DNA of 64,000 nt from a virus (lineage: Duplodnaviria; Caudoviricetes). Positions 1 through 9,268 of the stretch are shown here, in pieces. Below the pieces are notes generated by a model, which had not been told where the DNA came from, ran no database searches, and worked only from the letters and a program-made list of their open reading frames with translations. Made by a program: the position numbers and the translations under genes. Every line of letters begins with the position of its first letter. Positions within the stretch are counted from its first letter, which is position 1. Location of the stretch: IMG/VR virus record IMGVR_UViG_3300036855_000054, positions 1 through 64,000 of that record; one strand, written 5' to 3'.

Positions 1-463
1 CATGGCACTACCCGCCTTCGCCTTGGCGGCCGTCGAAGCGCTGCGACTCAAACGCGCGCTTCGAGGGCCGCCGCGGCTTGCGGTAGGGAACCGGCCAGGT
101 TGGGTAAGCCTGACCGACATGGTGTCCGGCGCCGCCGCGGAGAGACGGGGAAGCTGCGACGGCGCCGGACGTCCCACCGGACCACCCGGTGGGAGTTGAG
201 GTGTCCAGCACCGCCGCGAGCAGGGGGAAGCGGGCGGCGGTGCTGGACGTCCCGGTCAGCCTGGGGGAACTGCCGGGAGCTTGTGAGGCCTGCCCCGCCG
301 CCGACCGGGAAGTGCCGACGGCGGGGCTAGGCAGTCCACTCGCCTGTGGCCGAGTGGGTGCCGAGGAGGTGGCGGAAGGTCCGCTCACGATTGCCTCCCC
401 GGGTTGGTGACCGCTGGGTGTCCGGGCCTGATCGGAGAAGGAGACCCAGCGGAAGCTTGATCT

Positions 464-567
464 CCCCCCTTTCGCAAGGGGGGCTTGTACACCACAGACG
501 GTAACCCCCCGAGAGACGCGCGGTCAAGAACTAATTCGGGGGGCTTCCGCCCTCAACCCCCCCTTGC
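464..567. promoter_or_regulatory. Divergent promoter/operator region of a genetic switch
   Basis: GCAAGGGGGGCTTG (474-487) and CAACCCCCCCTTGC (554-567) form a 13/14 inverted repeat; CCCCCCTT/AAGGGGGG palindrome at 464-483; lies between a leftward ORF and the HTH gene at 613. Confidence 0.55.
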
Positions 568-612
568 ATGGGACGATCTGTCCCAGAGATGACCTGGTGA
601 CGGAGGAGCGGC

Positions 613-1458
613 GTGGAAGACCTGGACGAGTTAGCAGCGCAGGACGCCGGGACGAGACTCCTGCGCGCGAACGAGCTGCTGAGCAGCTACCAGGACTGGG
701 TCAACGAACTCAGTCGGATGCGGCGCGAAGCGATCGAGGAACTCATCGCGGGTGACATGTCCCGTAAGGACATCGCCGCCATGCTCGGCGTAAGCGTGAC
801 GCGCGTTGGCCAACTGCTCGCGGCCGGCCCGCAGCCGGAACGCGCGCTGTTCGGGACGGGTCCCATCACCGTGGCGATCGGCGCCAAGCCGGAAGCGGGC
901 AAGTCCGAAGAGGATGGCAGCGACATGCTCTCGGTCGAGGCCGCTGCCGCATACGACCTGATCTCTGAGGCGGCCCACGGCTACGGGCTGAAGACGACGA
1001 GGGAACCCGTGCGGCCCAAGAACGGCCACCAACTCAGGCTCAACCGGCCCAATCTCATCGTCGTCGGCAGTCCCCGCATCCTGCGACTGATGGAACAGGT
1101 GCTCGCCGCAGATCGCCACCTCGGCTTCGGCTACGAGGTCACCGAGGACGGCAAAGAGAAGTGGCACCTCACGGAGCACGGCCGGGTGATCCGCTCGCCG
1201 CGAGACGGCAAGCAGCCGGGCGATTACGCCTACATCGGCAGACTCCCCCGCACCGACGGTCGCGGCACGTTTCTGTATCTCGCTGGCATCCACGCCGAGG
1301 GCACTCTCGGCGCGGCCACCTTCCTGACCAGCAACGTCAAGGAAATCTACGACGAGGTGAAGGGCAAGACCTGGTCGATGCTGGTCCAGTGCCACTGGCA
1401 CCCGAAGACGAAGGCGATCGAATCCGCCGACCGCCTGACCGAGATCTACTACACCTGA
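613..1458 (+). CDS. HTH transcriptional regulator with a C-terminal alpha/beta putative sensor domain
   Basis: N-terminal HTH MSRKDIAAMLGVSVTRVGQLL; C-terminal motifs NLIVVGSP, DYAYIGRLP, FLYLAGIHAEGTLGAA; GGAGG RBS. Confidence 0.75.
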   Translation: MEDLDELAAQDAGTRLLRANELLSSYQDWVNELSRMRREAIEELIAGDMSRKDIAAMLGVSVTRVGQLLAAGPQPERALFGTGPITVAIGAKPEAGKSEEDGSDMLSVEAAAAYDLISEAAHGYGLKTTREPVRPKNGHQLRLNRPNLIVVGSPRILRLMEQVLAADRHLGFGYEVTEDGKEKWHLTEHGRVIRSPRDGKQPGDYAYIGRLPRTDGRGTFLYLAGIHAEGTLGAATFLTSNVKEIYDEVKGKTWSMLVQCHWHPKTKAIESADRLTEIYYT

Positions 1459-1469
1459 GAGGGCAGCCC

Positions 1470-2414
1470 ATGCACGTCACTGCTTTCACCGTCGCGGGGT
1501 CGCCCGACACCCCGAACGAAGACTGGTACGCGACAACCTCTGACCTGATCGTCGTCCTCGATGGCGCCACCATCCGCACCGACACCGGGTGCGTGCATGG
1601 AGCCGCGTGGTACGCGCGCAAGCTCGGCGGGGCCATCCTCGCAGGTGCGGCGGACCGCGGTGCGCCACTGGACGATGTGCTCGCCAACGCCATCCGCGAC
1701 GTAGCCGCGCTCCACCCACACTGCGACCTCACGCACGCCGGTACGCCATCAGCCGGCGCGGCGATCGTGCGGCTCGACGGCCGGGCGCTGCGCTACCTCG
1801 TACTCGGTGACGTGACCGTCGTGCTCGACGCACACAACGGCGGCACCATGTGGATCTCCGACCAGCGGATCAGTGACTCCGCGCGGGTCGAACGGGACGA
1901 GGTGGACCGCCACCTGATCGGCTCACCGGAGAAGGTCGACGCGCTCATCGCCATGAAGCGCGCCGAGCTGGCCGCGCGGAACCGCGAGTACTGGATCGCT
2001 GCCGCTGATCCGTCAGTGGTCGAGTACGCCCTGACCGGAGAAGTGCGGCTGTCCGATGGCGGGCGGCTCGCTGTCCTGACCGACGGCGCGGCCCGATGGG
2101 TCGACCTTTTCCGGTGCGGCAACTGGTCCGGCGGGCTCAAGGTGCTCAGCAGCTCCGGACCGCAGTGGTTCATCGAGCACCTCGTGCGCGCAGTGGAGGA
2201 CTCCGACCCGCTGGGTGCGCGGTACCCCCGCAACAAGCGGTCGGACGACGCCACCGCGGTCTACGCCGAGCCCACGAGCCGCATCCCTGAGCGGCCAGCG
2301 CAGACGGACGAGGAACGGCTGTACGCCGGGTCCGACCTGGCGATGCGGCTGAGCAGCGAGAAGCTCTACGGCGACGGGCTACTGGTCAAGGCGGGCACCA
2401 GCCAAGTGGAATGA
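1470..2414 (+). CDS. PP2C-like protein phosphatase
   Basis: Motifs PNED, VVLDGAT, LGD, LTDG, SDDAT; ATG 11 nt after the regulator stop. Confidence 0.8.
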   Translation: MHVTAFTVAGSPDTPNEDWYATTSDLIVVLDGATIRTDTGCVHGAAWYARKLGGAILAGAADRGAPLDDVLANAIRDVAALHPHCDLTHAGTPSAGAAIVRLDGRALRYLVLGDVTVVLDAHNGGTMWISDQRISDSARVERDEVDRHLIGSPEKVDALIAMKRAELAARNREYWIAAADPSVVEYALTGEVRLSDGGRLAVLTDGAARWVDLFRCGNWSGGLKVLSSSGPQWFIEHLVRAVEDSDPLGARYPRNKRSDDATAVYAEPTSRIPERPAQTDEERLYAGSDLAMRLSSEKLYGDGLLVKAGTSQVE

Positions 2415-2433
2415 TCAGACGCTAGACGTAAGT

Positions 2434-2465
2434 GGAGGCCGGGAGATTGAGCCCTCCCGGCCTCC
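2434..2465. terminator. Intrinsic terminator-like hairpin
   Basis: GGAGGCCGGGAG/CTCCCGGCCTCC perfect 12-bp stem after the PP2C gene. Confidence 0.7.
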
Positions 2466-2665
2466 GACAAAAGCATCACGCGTGAACCCGCTGGTTCCTG
2501 ACGCCTTGCCACCTACCCTGGTAAGGATAGCTCATGTTGATGATGACCATCCATCAACAGGCGGCAGCGGGTCTGCGTGTCCGACACGCAAGGAGGACCC
2601 GTGGGCATCACGCCCGCTACCAGCACAGTTACCGCATCCCCGCAGGTGATCGGCGGCGGCGCCGC

Positions 2666-3202
2666 ATGACCTGGACGAAGCTCGGAGACGAGTTTTGGGA
2701 CGAGTGCGCGGCCGGTGGACTCACCGACGAGGCGACCCGCACCCACGGTGAAGCGATCGGCTGGGTGTACCGCATCGAGCGCACCGACCTGCACATCCCC
2801 AAGCACCTGATACGCCGCTTCGCGGGCAGCACCCGGTGGGAGTCGGCGGTCGTGGAGTTGGCGTCCGCCGGGTTCTGGCGGGACTGCGGCAACACGTACC
2901 TCATCGAGCACCACGCCGACGTGATCCGCGCGTCGATCGCCGCTCAACGTCGCAAGCGCGAACGGGACAAGCAGGCTCAGCGTGGGTGGCGGAAGCGTGC
3001 CACCGAACCCTCCGTAAGCGCTGACGTCAGCGACGGCGTAAGCGCTTACGTAAGCGCAGGTGTCAGTGGCGACGCAGACAGCCAGACAGACAGCCAAGAA
3101 GGGAAGGTGACCAAGAACGAAACGAACGACTGGCCAGAGGTACGCCAACCAGGCACACCCGACGCCCCCTGGCAGGCCATGGCACCCGGCTACGACCGCT
3201 GA
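2666..3202 (+). CDS. Replication-initiator-like wHTH protein (actinophage/island type)
   Basis: MTWTKLGDEFWD...AVVELASAGFW...YLIEHH, basic coil, then VSAD-type repeats. Confidence 0.6.
   Translation: MTWTKLGDEFWDECAAGGLTDEATRTHGEAIGWVYRIERTDLHIPKHLIRRFAGSTRWESAVVELASAGFWRDCGNTYLIEHHADVIRASIAAQRRKRERDKQAQRGWRKRATEPSVSADVSDGVSAYVSAGVSGDADSQTDSQEGKVTKNETNDWPEVRQPGTPDAPWQAMAPGYDR
3013..3072 (+). repeat. Five tandem 12-bp repeats (CGTMAGCGCNNN), iteron-like
   Basis: cgtaagcgctga cgtcagcgacgg cgtaagcgctta cgtaagcgcagg tgtcagtggcga. Confidence 0.8.
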
Positions 3203-3206
3203 AGCC

Positions 3207-3278
3207 CCCGTGCTGACCTTCACGTCGCAGGAGTGGGACGCTTTCACTGGGGGCGTCAAGGACGGTGAGTTCGACTAG
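3207..3278 (+). pseudogene. DUF397 C-terminal fragment
   Basis: Translates PVLTFTSQEWDAFTGGVKDGEFD*; the N-terminal WRKSS/CVEV part is absent in frame. Confidence 0.7.
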
Positions 3279-3503
3279 ACCGACCAGCACAGGCACAGAC
3301 AGATGGACGCCCCGGTCAGCCGCGATGGCTGGCCGGGGCGTTCGTCGCTTACGGCACGGGCCGGAGTCGCCCCCGCGATCACGGGCATGATCCGGGGGCG
3401 GTGGTGTGGTGGGTGCGAGAGCGCAGGAACGTTCATGGCCCGACGGAGCATCAACACCCACCGGAGGCATGTCGATCGGCAAGCGGTCAGGGGAGAATTC
3501 TGC

Positions 3504-3794
3504 TCACATCGCCCGATCGGTGCGGCGCGTCACGCCGATCAGCTGCTCCCACTCGTCCTCCAGGTCGGTGAGCCGGTCCAGGTCCGGCCAGCTGCGCACC
3601 ATCACCGCCACACCGCACCCCGCCAGGACCACGGCCCCGGCGGCGACGGCCAGCCAGAAAACGGCACGTCCGGACAGCACTCCGACCAGCCCCCAAGACA
3701 CAGCAAGCGACGCTAAGACGGGTGCAAGGGTACGGCGGTCGAGCACTGCGGCTCCTCGGTGGCAGGGGGGTGTCCGAGGGAGATCGGCCACCAC
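3504..3794 (-). CDS. Small membrane protein
   Basis: Two hydrophobic segments; start uncertain. Confidence 0.5.
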   Translation of the reverse strand: MVADLPRTPPCHRGAAVLDRRTLAPVLASLAVSWGLVGVLSGRAVFWLAVAAGAVVLAGCGVAVMVRSWPDLDRLTDLEDEWEQLIGVTRRTDRAM

Positions 3795-3922
3795 GGCGGG
3801 ACCGTTACTGCTCGGTATGTTTCCGCCCGATGTAGGACGGCTTGTCCTACCTGCGTCCCTGCTTGTCCGGAATGATTCTCATGTGCGAGTTCCCGGGGGG
3901 CGTGCTCGCGCGCCCGGCGCGA

Positions 3923-3957
3923 CAGCGGCCCGGTGTCAGATCGACACCGGGCCGCTG
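3923..3957. repeat. Perfect 15-bp inverted repeat
   Basis: CAGCGGCCCGGTGTC-agatc-GACACCGGGCCGCTG in non-coding DNA. Confidence 0.75.
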
Positions 3958-4312
3958 CGCTTAACCCCACTACCGAAAACCAGGAAAAACCCTGCGGGAA
4001 ACGGTAACACCGCGCTCCCAGCCTCAGCGGGCTGACGCTAACACGAGGCGGCTACTCCCCCAGCAGAAGATGCCCGGAGTTCGTCCTCGGTGTTCCCGCC
4101 GGCTGCGCGACAACATGCGCGACACGCTCATGACCTGCGATAGCCAGATCAGCGGTGCAGTGTCCGCATGGTGTCCCGGTAGACCATCGGACCGCTCTCA
4201 GTCGTCACCATGACGCCTCGTCACCTTGGACGCGGTGCCGAGTGGCACCGTGTTTGACTGGCTACGCGCAACTGCCTACTCATCAGTAATGGCGCTGTGA
4301 GCAGCGACAGCC

Positions 4313-4464
4313 AGATCACCGCAGCACCATTCCACCGGAACATCCCGTCACGTTTCGACCACGACACCGCAGCACGGTGACACCGGATGACCCATCCAGT
4401 GAGGCAGTGCATCTTCCTGTCATCGCTGCCTCTGTCCAGCGCTACACCGCCGCACCGCTGCACG
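4313..4464. promoter_or_regulatory. Putative partition centromere: 19 in-phase 8-bp units ending in CACC-like boxes
   Basis: 7 exact CACC, 8 with one mismatch and 4 with two mismatches, at exact 8-bp period, upstream of parA. Confidence 0.65.
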
Positions 4465-4608
4465 TCTGTCGTCCAGCCACCTGTCAGTGGGGTAGGGCGG
4501 TAGCCACCTCCGTGTGACGCGCGGCGCCGGTGCTGCGCCGTAGAACAGGTGTGCTGCAAGATGACGGGGCGTTCATCAACTTGCGGCGATCAGGCGAGGT
4601 GTCGACAC

Positions 4609-5454
4609 ATGACAGACGGACAACGGCGACACGCCGGGACCAGACAACGCAGACAGGCCAGCGTGGTGTCCGCCGCCATGCAAAAGGGCGGCGTCGGGAA
4701 GACCACCACCATCTGCAACGTGGCCGGCGCCGCCTCAGCCCGCGCCCTGAGCACCCTCGTCGTCGACTTCGACCCGCAAGGCAACACCACCAGCACCCTC
4801 GCAGCCGAGGCGGTCGCCCGGAACCAGCTCACCATCGCCGACGCCGTCCACCCCGAAGAAGACGAACGCGTCCCGCTCGCCGACGTGATGGTGCCGACGA
4901 TCTGGGAGCACGTGAGGCTCGCGCCCGCGGTGACCAACTCCCTGACGAAAGTGGAGCGGCTCATCAACGCCGCCGACCACGACCGCGAGTACCGGCTGAT
5001 CGAGGCACTCGAACCGGAACTGGCGAACGTGGACCTCGTCCTCGTCGACAACGCACCCTCACTCGGGCAGCTGATGCGCAACGCGCTGAACGCCAGCGAC
5101 TACGCATTCGCGGTCGTCCAGGCCGACCAGTGGTCCTGCGACGGCCTCGGCGAACTGCGGGAGACGGTCAAACGCGTCCAGCGGCGCAACCGCGGCCTGA
5201 CCCTGTCCGGGGCGCTGATCAGCATGTGGCGCAACACCGCCGACGAGAAGTTCTGGCTGCGCGAGATCATCGAGAACTTCGACGAGGCCGAGGTGTGGGA
5301 ACACGACAAGATCCCGCAGTGGACCGCGATCAAAACCACCCTCAACGCGGGCATCCGGCTGGACCAGTCCCGGGAGAGCCGTCTGCGGGTCCTCGGGCAC
5401 ACCTACCGCCGGCTGCTGGCCCGATGGGTTCCCGACCCGGAGGTGACGATCTGA
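4609..5454 (+). CDS. parA: ParA family partition ATPase (type Ib, no N-terminal HTH)
   Basis: QKGGVGKTT, VVDFDPQGN, LVDNAPSLG; start uncertain. Confidence 0.92.
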   Translation: MTDGQRRHAGTRQRRQASVVSAAMQKGGVGKTTTICNVAGAASARALSTLVVDFDPQGNTTSTLAAEAVARNQLTIADAVHPEEDERVPLADVMVPTIWEHVRLAPAVTNSLTKVERLINAADHDREYRLIEALEPELANVDLVLVDNAPSLGQLMRNALNASDYAFAVVQADQWSCDGLGELRETVKRVQRRNRGLTLSGALISMWRNTADEKFWLREIIENFDEAEVWEHDKIPQWTAIKTTLNAGIRLDQSRESRLRVLGHTYRRLLARWVPDPEVTI

Positions 5455-5825
5455 TGCAGCCGAAACCACGGCGCCTGTCAAAACTCTCCGAAGGCGACCC
5501 GCTCAACGGCGACGACGCCGACCTCCAACCCCAGCGGGCGCCGGTTCCCCGCGAACCACCGCCGCAGCCAACACCGCCACCGTCTCGACAGCTGCTCACG
5601 ACACGGTCCCGGCGGCGACGCGCGGCGCCGCTCTCCGACACGGCGATGGTCTCGTTCAACTGCAACATGATGGTCGGGATGCGCCGCCTCGTCCGCCGCT
5701 TCGCCGCCGACCACGACGTGGACATCCAGGACGTCGTCGAGGAAGCCCTCGCCCGATACCTCGAGGACCAGGGCATCGAAGCGCCACGAAGGCCACTTGA
5801 CCAGCAGCAGCCAGATCAGCGCTGA
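5454..5825 (+). CDS. Centromere-binding protein with C-terminal ribbon-helix-helix (ParG-like)
   Basis: TGATG overlap with parA; disordered N-terminus, then VSFNCNM...RRFAADHDVDIQDVVEEALARYL. Confidence 0.75.
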   Translation: MQPKPRRLSKLSEGDPLNGDDADLQPQRAPVPREPPPQPTPPPSRQLLTTRSRRRRAAPLSDTAMVSFNCNMMVGMRRLVRRFAADHDVDIQDVVEEALARYLEDQGIEAPRRPLDQQQPDQR

Positions 5826-5852
5826 CCTACGGACACGGCCGGGGAGGGTGCG

Positions 5853-6131
5853 GTGCCGCTGAACTTGACCGGGCTCCCGGCGTGGTACGTCCACCTCACC
5901 GACGCCCACGAGGCCGAGATGCAACGCCTGCTGGCCGAACGGGACACCGCCGCGGAGGTGCTACTCGAGCACGCCCCGGTGTTCCGTGAGGCCCTGGTGT
6001 GTGTGGAGTGCTCCGAGACGTACCCGTGTGCGGCGCTGCGGGCGGTGCATGACGGGCGGGGAGTGTGGCCGGCGGACGCGCGGCAACTCGCCGGGGTCGA
6101 GCATGGTCAAGGACTAGCCCCGAAGCGGTAG
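5853..6131 (+). CDS. Hypothetical Zn-binding protein
   Basis: HxP...CVEC...YPC motif. Confidence 0.5.
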   Translation: MPLNLTGLPAWYVHLTDAHEAEMQRLLAERDTAAEVLLEHAPVFREALVCVECSETYPCAALRAVHDGRGVWPADARQLAGVEHGQGLAPKR

Positions 6132-6635
6132 CATCACCCGGAGCAACCCCCAGCGAAAATACCCACCTCGCCGGGGTCCCCTACCGCAATGATCGGCCCG
6201 ACGTGTCCGGACTTTTCGCGTATCGAACGGGCGACGCCCCGGAGCGCACTGCTGCGCTCAACGGGGCATCTACCCAATACGCCAAACCGGTCCCCACCGG
6301 CGACGCGATCCATAGCATACGGGTCCCCGCACCTGCGCAGACGTCCGACACCACGCTAGGTGGCGGGTCTGACATCGGCGGACATCGGCGCGTCACGGTG
6401 ACTGACCACGGCGGCCGCGTCAGACTCTCTGACCATGAACTAACCCAAGACATGACGAAGGCCCGGCGTTGGCAGCGCCGAGCCTCTGTCTCAGATGATC
6501 ACGCGGGTGGCACCCCGCTACGACTCTTCCGCTCCCCCGAGGGTATGGGGTTGCTTGTTGCCGTCATGGTACGGCAGGGAGCGGTCAAGTCGCTAGTTGT
6601 GCTGCCCGCGTGTCGAACTCCGAGGAGCGGCACGC

Positions 6636-6809
6636 ATGGAACAGCAGCAGCCGGGTAACCCACCCGGCACCACCGGAGTACCCAACTGGGTGCTCGAAGC
6701 CCCGATCTCAGACCGGGCGCTCCGCATCTACGTCCTACTGCGCTCGGACAGCCATCCGCCCGGTGAGCCGACCGTGGAGACGCTCGCAACGTTCGGGGGT
6801 CGCCGGTGA
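6636..6809 (+). CDS. Short or truncated HTH replication-protein N-terminus
   Basis: VPNWVLEAPISDRALRIYVLL...PTVETLA; GAGGAG RBS; ends before a recognition helix; GTGA overlap with the next gene. Confidence 0.55.
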   Translation: MEQQQPGNPPGTTGVPNWVLEAPISDRALRIYVLLRSDSHPPGEPTVETLATFGGRR

Positions 6810-7912
6810 GCGGCGCAGTCACCGCGCGGAGAGCGCAGCGCGTCAACAAGGGCAAAGAAGAGATCCGGCGCGACATGCTCCAGACCAAGAGTCTGAGCTG
6901 GAAAGCCCGCGGCCTGCTCTCCTACTGCATCTCCCTGCCCGAGCAGTGGGAATGCCACGGTGTCGCCGGGCTCGCCCGAGCCTCCGACAACGACGGTTAC
7001 GAGGCCACCAACAACGCCGTCAAGGAACTGGAGGCAGCCGGCCTGTTCGTCCGGCTGAAGCGCCAAGGTAAGAGCAGGCAGTGGGAGTGGCTGTGGACCT
7101 ATAGCGACGACCCCAGTGAGGTCGCCGCCGAGGTCGCCAAGTGGGTCGGTGAGGGATACCGGGTCAGCACCAACCGCGGTGGCAACAAGAAGGCGAAGGG
7201 ACGCCCCGACCAGCAGGCTCTCGACGACCAGGACAACGAGGCCGGGCAGCCCGAACCTGAACCCGTGTCCGGGAAACCCGAACACGGGTCACCGGACTCA
7301 CCGGACCCAGCCACCGTGTCTGGGTTTTCCGGACACGGCTCACCCGAGTACGGCCCAGCCGGGCACGGAGAACCGCGAAATATAGATGTTCACTCAACAG
7401 GGGTTACTCAAGACGCACTACCTCCTTCGGAGGTAGTGCGCGCTTCGCACGCACGCACGCGCGAGGACACGCCTGCCGATCCGCCATCGAAGCGAAGCCG
7501 GCCGGCCGCCGCGCACGTCCCCGCGGCCGAGCTGAACAGGACCGCGCACGGCGTCGGGGCCCGACGGATCATCGACCGCTGGCGACAAGGACACGAGACC
7601 CCGCACCGGTACTCGGTGTACCGGGAAATCTCCAAGGAAGTCGATCAACTCCTCAAGGACGGGGCCGACCCTTCCCTGATCCTGGTCGCACTCCGCGACT
7701 GGGACTTCCGCGGGAAGACCAGCGGGTTCCTGAAGAACTGCTACGACGACGCCGTCCACGATTCCCGGCCTGTGCACGAACGGCGACGAACCGTCGAGCC
7801 GCGAACAGCCACGTCATCCGTGGTTGACGTGGAGGTTGAGGCCGCGGTCGCCGGGCTCGTAGCCAAGTACGCCGGCACCGGTTTCCTGGCACTCCCGGAG
7901 GGCGCCCGATGA
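6806..7912 (+). CDS. Phage replication initiator (wHTH) with internal iterons
   Basis: LSWKARGLLSY..SLPEQW, AVKELEAAG, central PxxG repeats; followed by a loader-like gene. Confidence 0.8.
   Translation: MSGAVTARRAQRVNKGKEEIRRDMLQTKSLSWKARGLLSYCISLPEQWECHGVAGLARASDNDGYEATNNAVKELEAAGLFVRLKRQGKSRQWEWLWTYSDDPSEVAAEVAKWVGEGYRVSTNRGGNKKAKGRPDQQALDDQDNEAGQPEPEPVSGKPEHGSPDSPDPATVSGFSGHGSPEYGPAGHGEPRNIDVHSTGVTQDALPPSEVVRASHARTREDTPADPPSKRSRPAAAHVPAAELNRTAHGVGARRIIDRWRQGHETPHRYSVYREISKEVDQLLKDGADPSLILVALRDWDFRGKTSGFLKNCYDDAVHDSRPVHERRRTVEPRTATSSVVDVEVEAAVAGLVAKYAGTGFLALPEGAR
7263..7376. repeat. Iteron-like CCGRRCACGG direct and inverted repeats (putative ori)
   Basis: ccgtgtccgg, ccgaacacgg, ccgtgtctgg, ccggacacgg, ccgagtacgg, ccgggcacgg; the last three at 15-bp period. 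Confidence 0.65.
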
Positions 7913-8568
7913 TGACCGTCGAGGAGCTGACGTCCCTGCTGAAAATGGTGGGGCGGGGAGATAACCGCACCACCGGCACGGCGAACGCCGAGTACTGGGC
8001 GTTGATGGCGCAGCAGGGTGGCTGGACGTGGAAGACCGCCGTGCGGGCTTTGGTGCAGTTCCGCACGCAACACCCGGGGACGTGGATGGACCCGGGGCAC
8101 ATCACGGCGATCATCAAGGACGCTCGGGAGAAGGCCGCGCTGTCGTTCGTGGTGCCCGATTACCCCGAGGATCTCCCTCCGCCGGAGTACGCGGAGTGGT
8201 ACCGGGCGCGGAAGAACGAGCACGTCGACCGGATCCTGGCGGGTTGGTCGAAGGGCGAGCCGATCCCGGAACCCAGTGCGGCGAACGAGATCCGGGAACA
8301 TCGCGCGCTGGCCGGAGGAAGTGGTGTCCCACTGGAGCTTCCGGTCGTGTCGGCTCCCCCTGAGTTGCGGGCTGACCTGCGCAAGAACTGGCGCAAGCTC
8401 GTCGAGAAGCGCCCTCAGCTGCCGCCGGTTCAGGCGCTCAGGCCCACGCCGAAGGCGGCGCTGGATCCGCAGCGGATGGCCGAGGCGCGCCGCGAACTGG
8501 ACCAGATCCGGGAGCGGCAACCTGCCGGGGACGGCGACGGATCCGACCCTGAAGCGGTGGCGTCGTGA
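7909..8568 (+). CDS. Helicase loader/inhibitor-like protein
   Basis: MTVEELTSLL...DNRT....AEYW...AVRAL...WMDPGHI pattern; coupled to the initiator gene. Confidence 0.6.
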   Translation: MMTVEELTSLLKMVGRGDNRTTGTANAEYWALMAQQGGWTWKTAVRALVQFRTQHPGTWMDPGHITAIIKDAREKAALSFVVPDYPEDLPPPEYAEWYRARKNEHVDRILAGWSKGEPIPEPSAANEIREHRALAGGSGVPLELPVVSAPPELRADLRKNWRKLVEKRPQLPPVQALRPTPKAALDPQRMAEARRELDQIRERQPAGDGDGSDPEAVAS

Positions 8569-8837
8569 GCGAGGCCACCATCCGTCCCCGCGTGGTCGCC
8601 CTGCCGCTGCCGGCGGACGCCACCAAGGAGGAACGGCTGCGCCGGCGTGCGTTCAAGTCCTGGGTGCAGAAGGTTCCATGTCCGGTCCCGCACTGCCGGG
8701 CGCAGCCTTTCGAGGCGTGCAAGGAACCGAGCCATGGAGGGTTCCGGAGGATGATCACGTGGCATCCGCAGCGTCAGGATCTCGCGGACAAGCGCCTCGG
8801 GGAGAACGTGCGGGATGAGACCGGGGTGGCGTCGTGA
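8565..8837 (+). CDS. Phage zinc-finger protein
   Basis: CPVPHCRAQPFEAC...HPQR. Confidence 0.65.
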   Translation: MSEATIRPRVVALPLPADATKEERLRRRAFKSWVQKVPCPVPHCRAQPFEACKEPSHGGFRRMITWHPQRQDLADKRLGENVRDETGVAS

Positions 8838-9268
8838 ACCGGCGTCAGGAGTACGCCCTCGCGCATCCGCTCACCCGTGCCGACCTCGGCCTGGACGCTC
8901 TGGCGCCGTTCACTGCGGTCGACGTGATGCCGAGCGGGAATCTGCTGCGCTCGATCCTGGCGGTCGATCGTTGAATGAAGCTCAACTCAGGTGCGCCCGT
9001 GTGGCACACAAGCCTGTCCCTGTGGACACCCGACCAGCGCACGATGCTGCGCTCACCCACCCAGGTCGAACGCGCCGCCGTGGAGTTGCTCGCCGGGGTG
9101 GGCAACGACCGGGAGTGGTGGATCTGGAGACCTGCGCCGCGGGTGGGTCATCTGCGTGTGGGTTTGACCGTCGAGGAGGTTGCTGTGCTGCCCGAAGTTC
9201 CTGCTGAGCACGACGCCGGGGATTCCGGCCCGGAGCGTCGTCGCACCCCTGCGAGGAGACCAGGATGA
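8834..9268 (+). pseudogene. Hypothetical gene interrupted by an in-frame TGA at 8972-8974 (or two adjacent genes)
   Basis: GTG 8834 and ATG 8975 are in the same frame, separated by a single stop codon. Confidence 0.5.

Noticed and set aside
613-1458. Sigma factor call
   Set aside because: Only an HTH is present; there is no sigma region 2
1161-1469. Extended N-termini in the ORF track (1161, 12344, 19065, 4530)
   Set aside because: They overlap other genes; downstream starts with an RBS, coupling or promoter fit better
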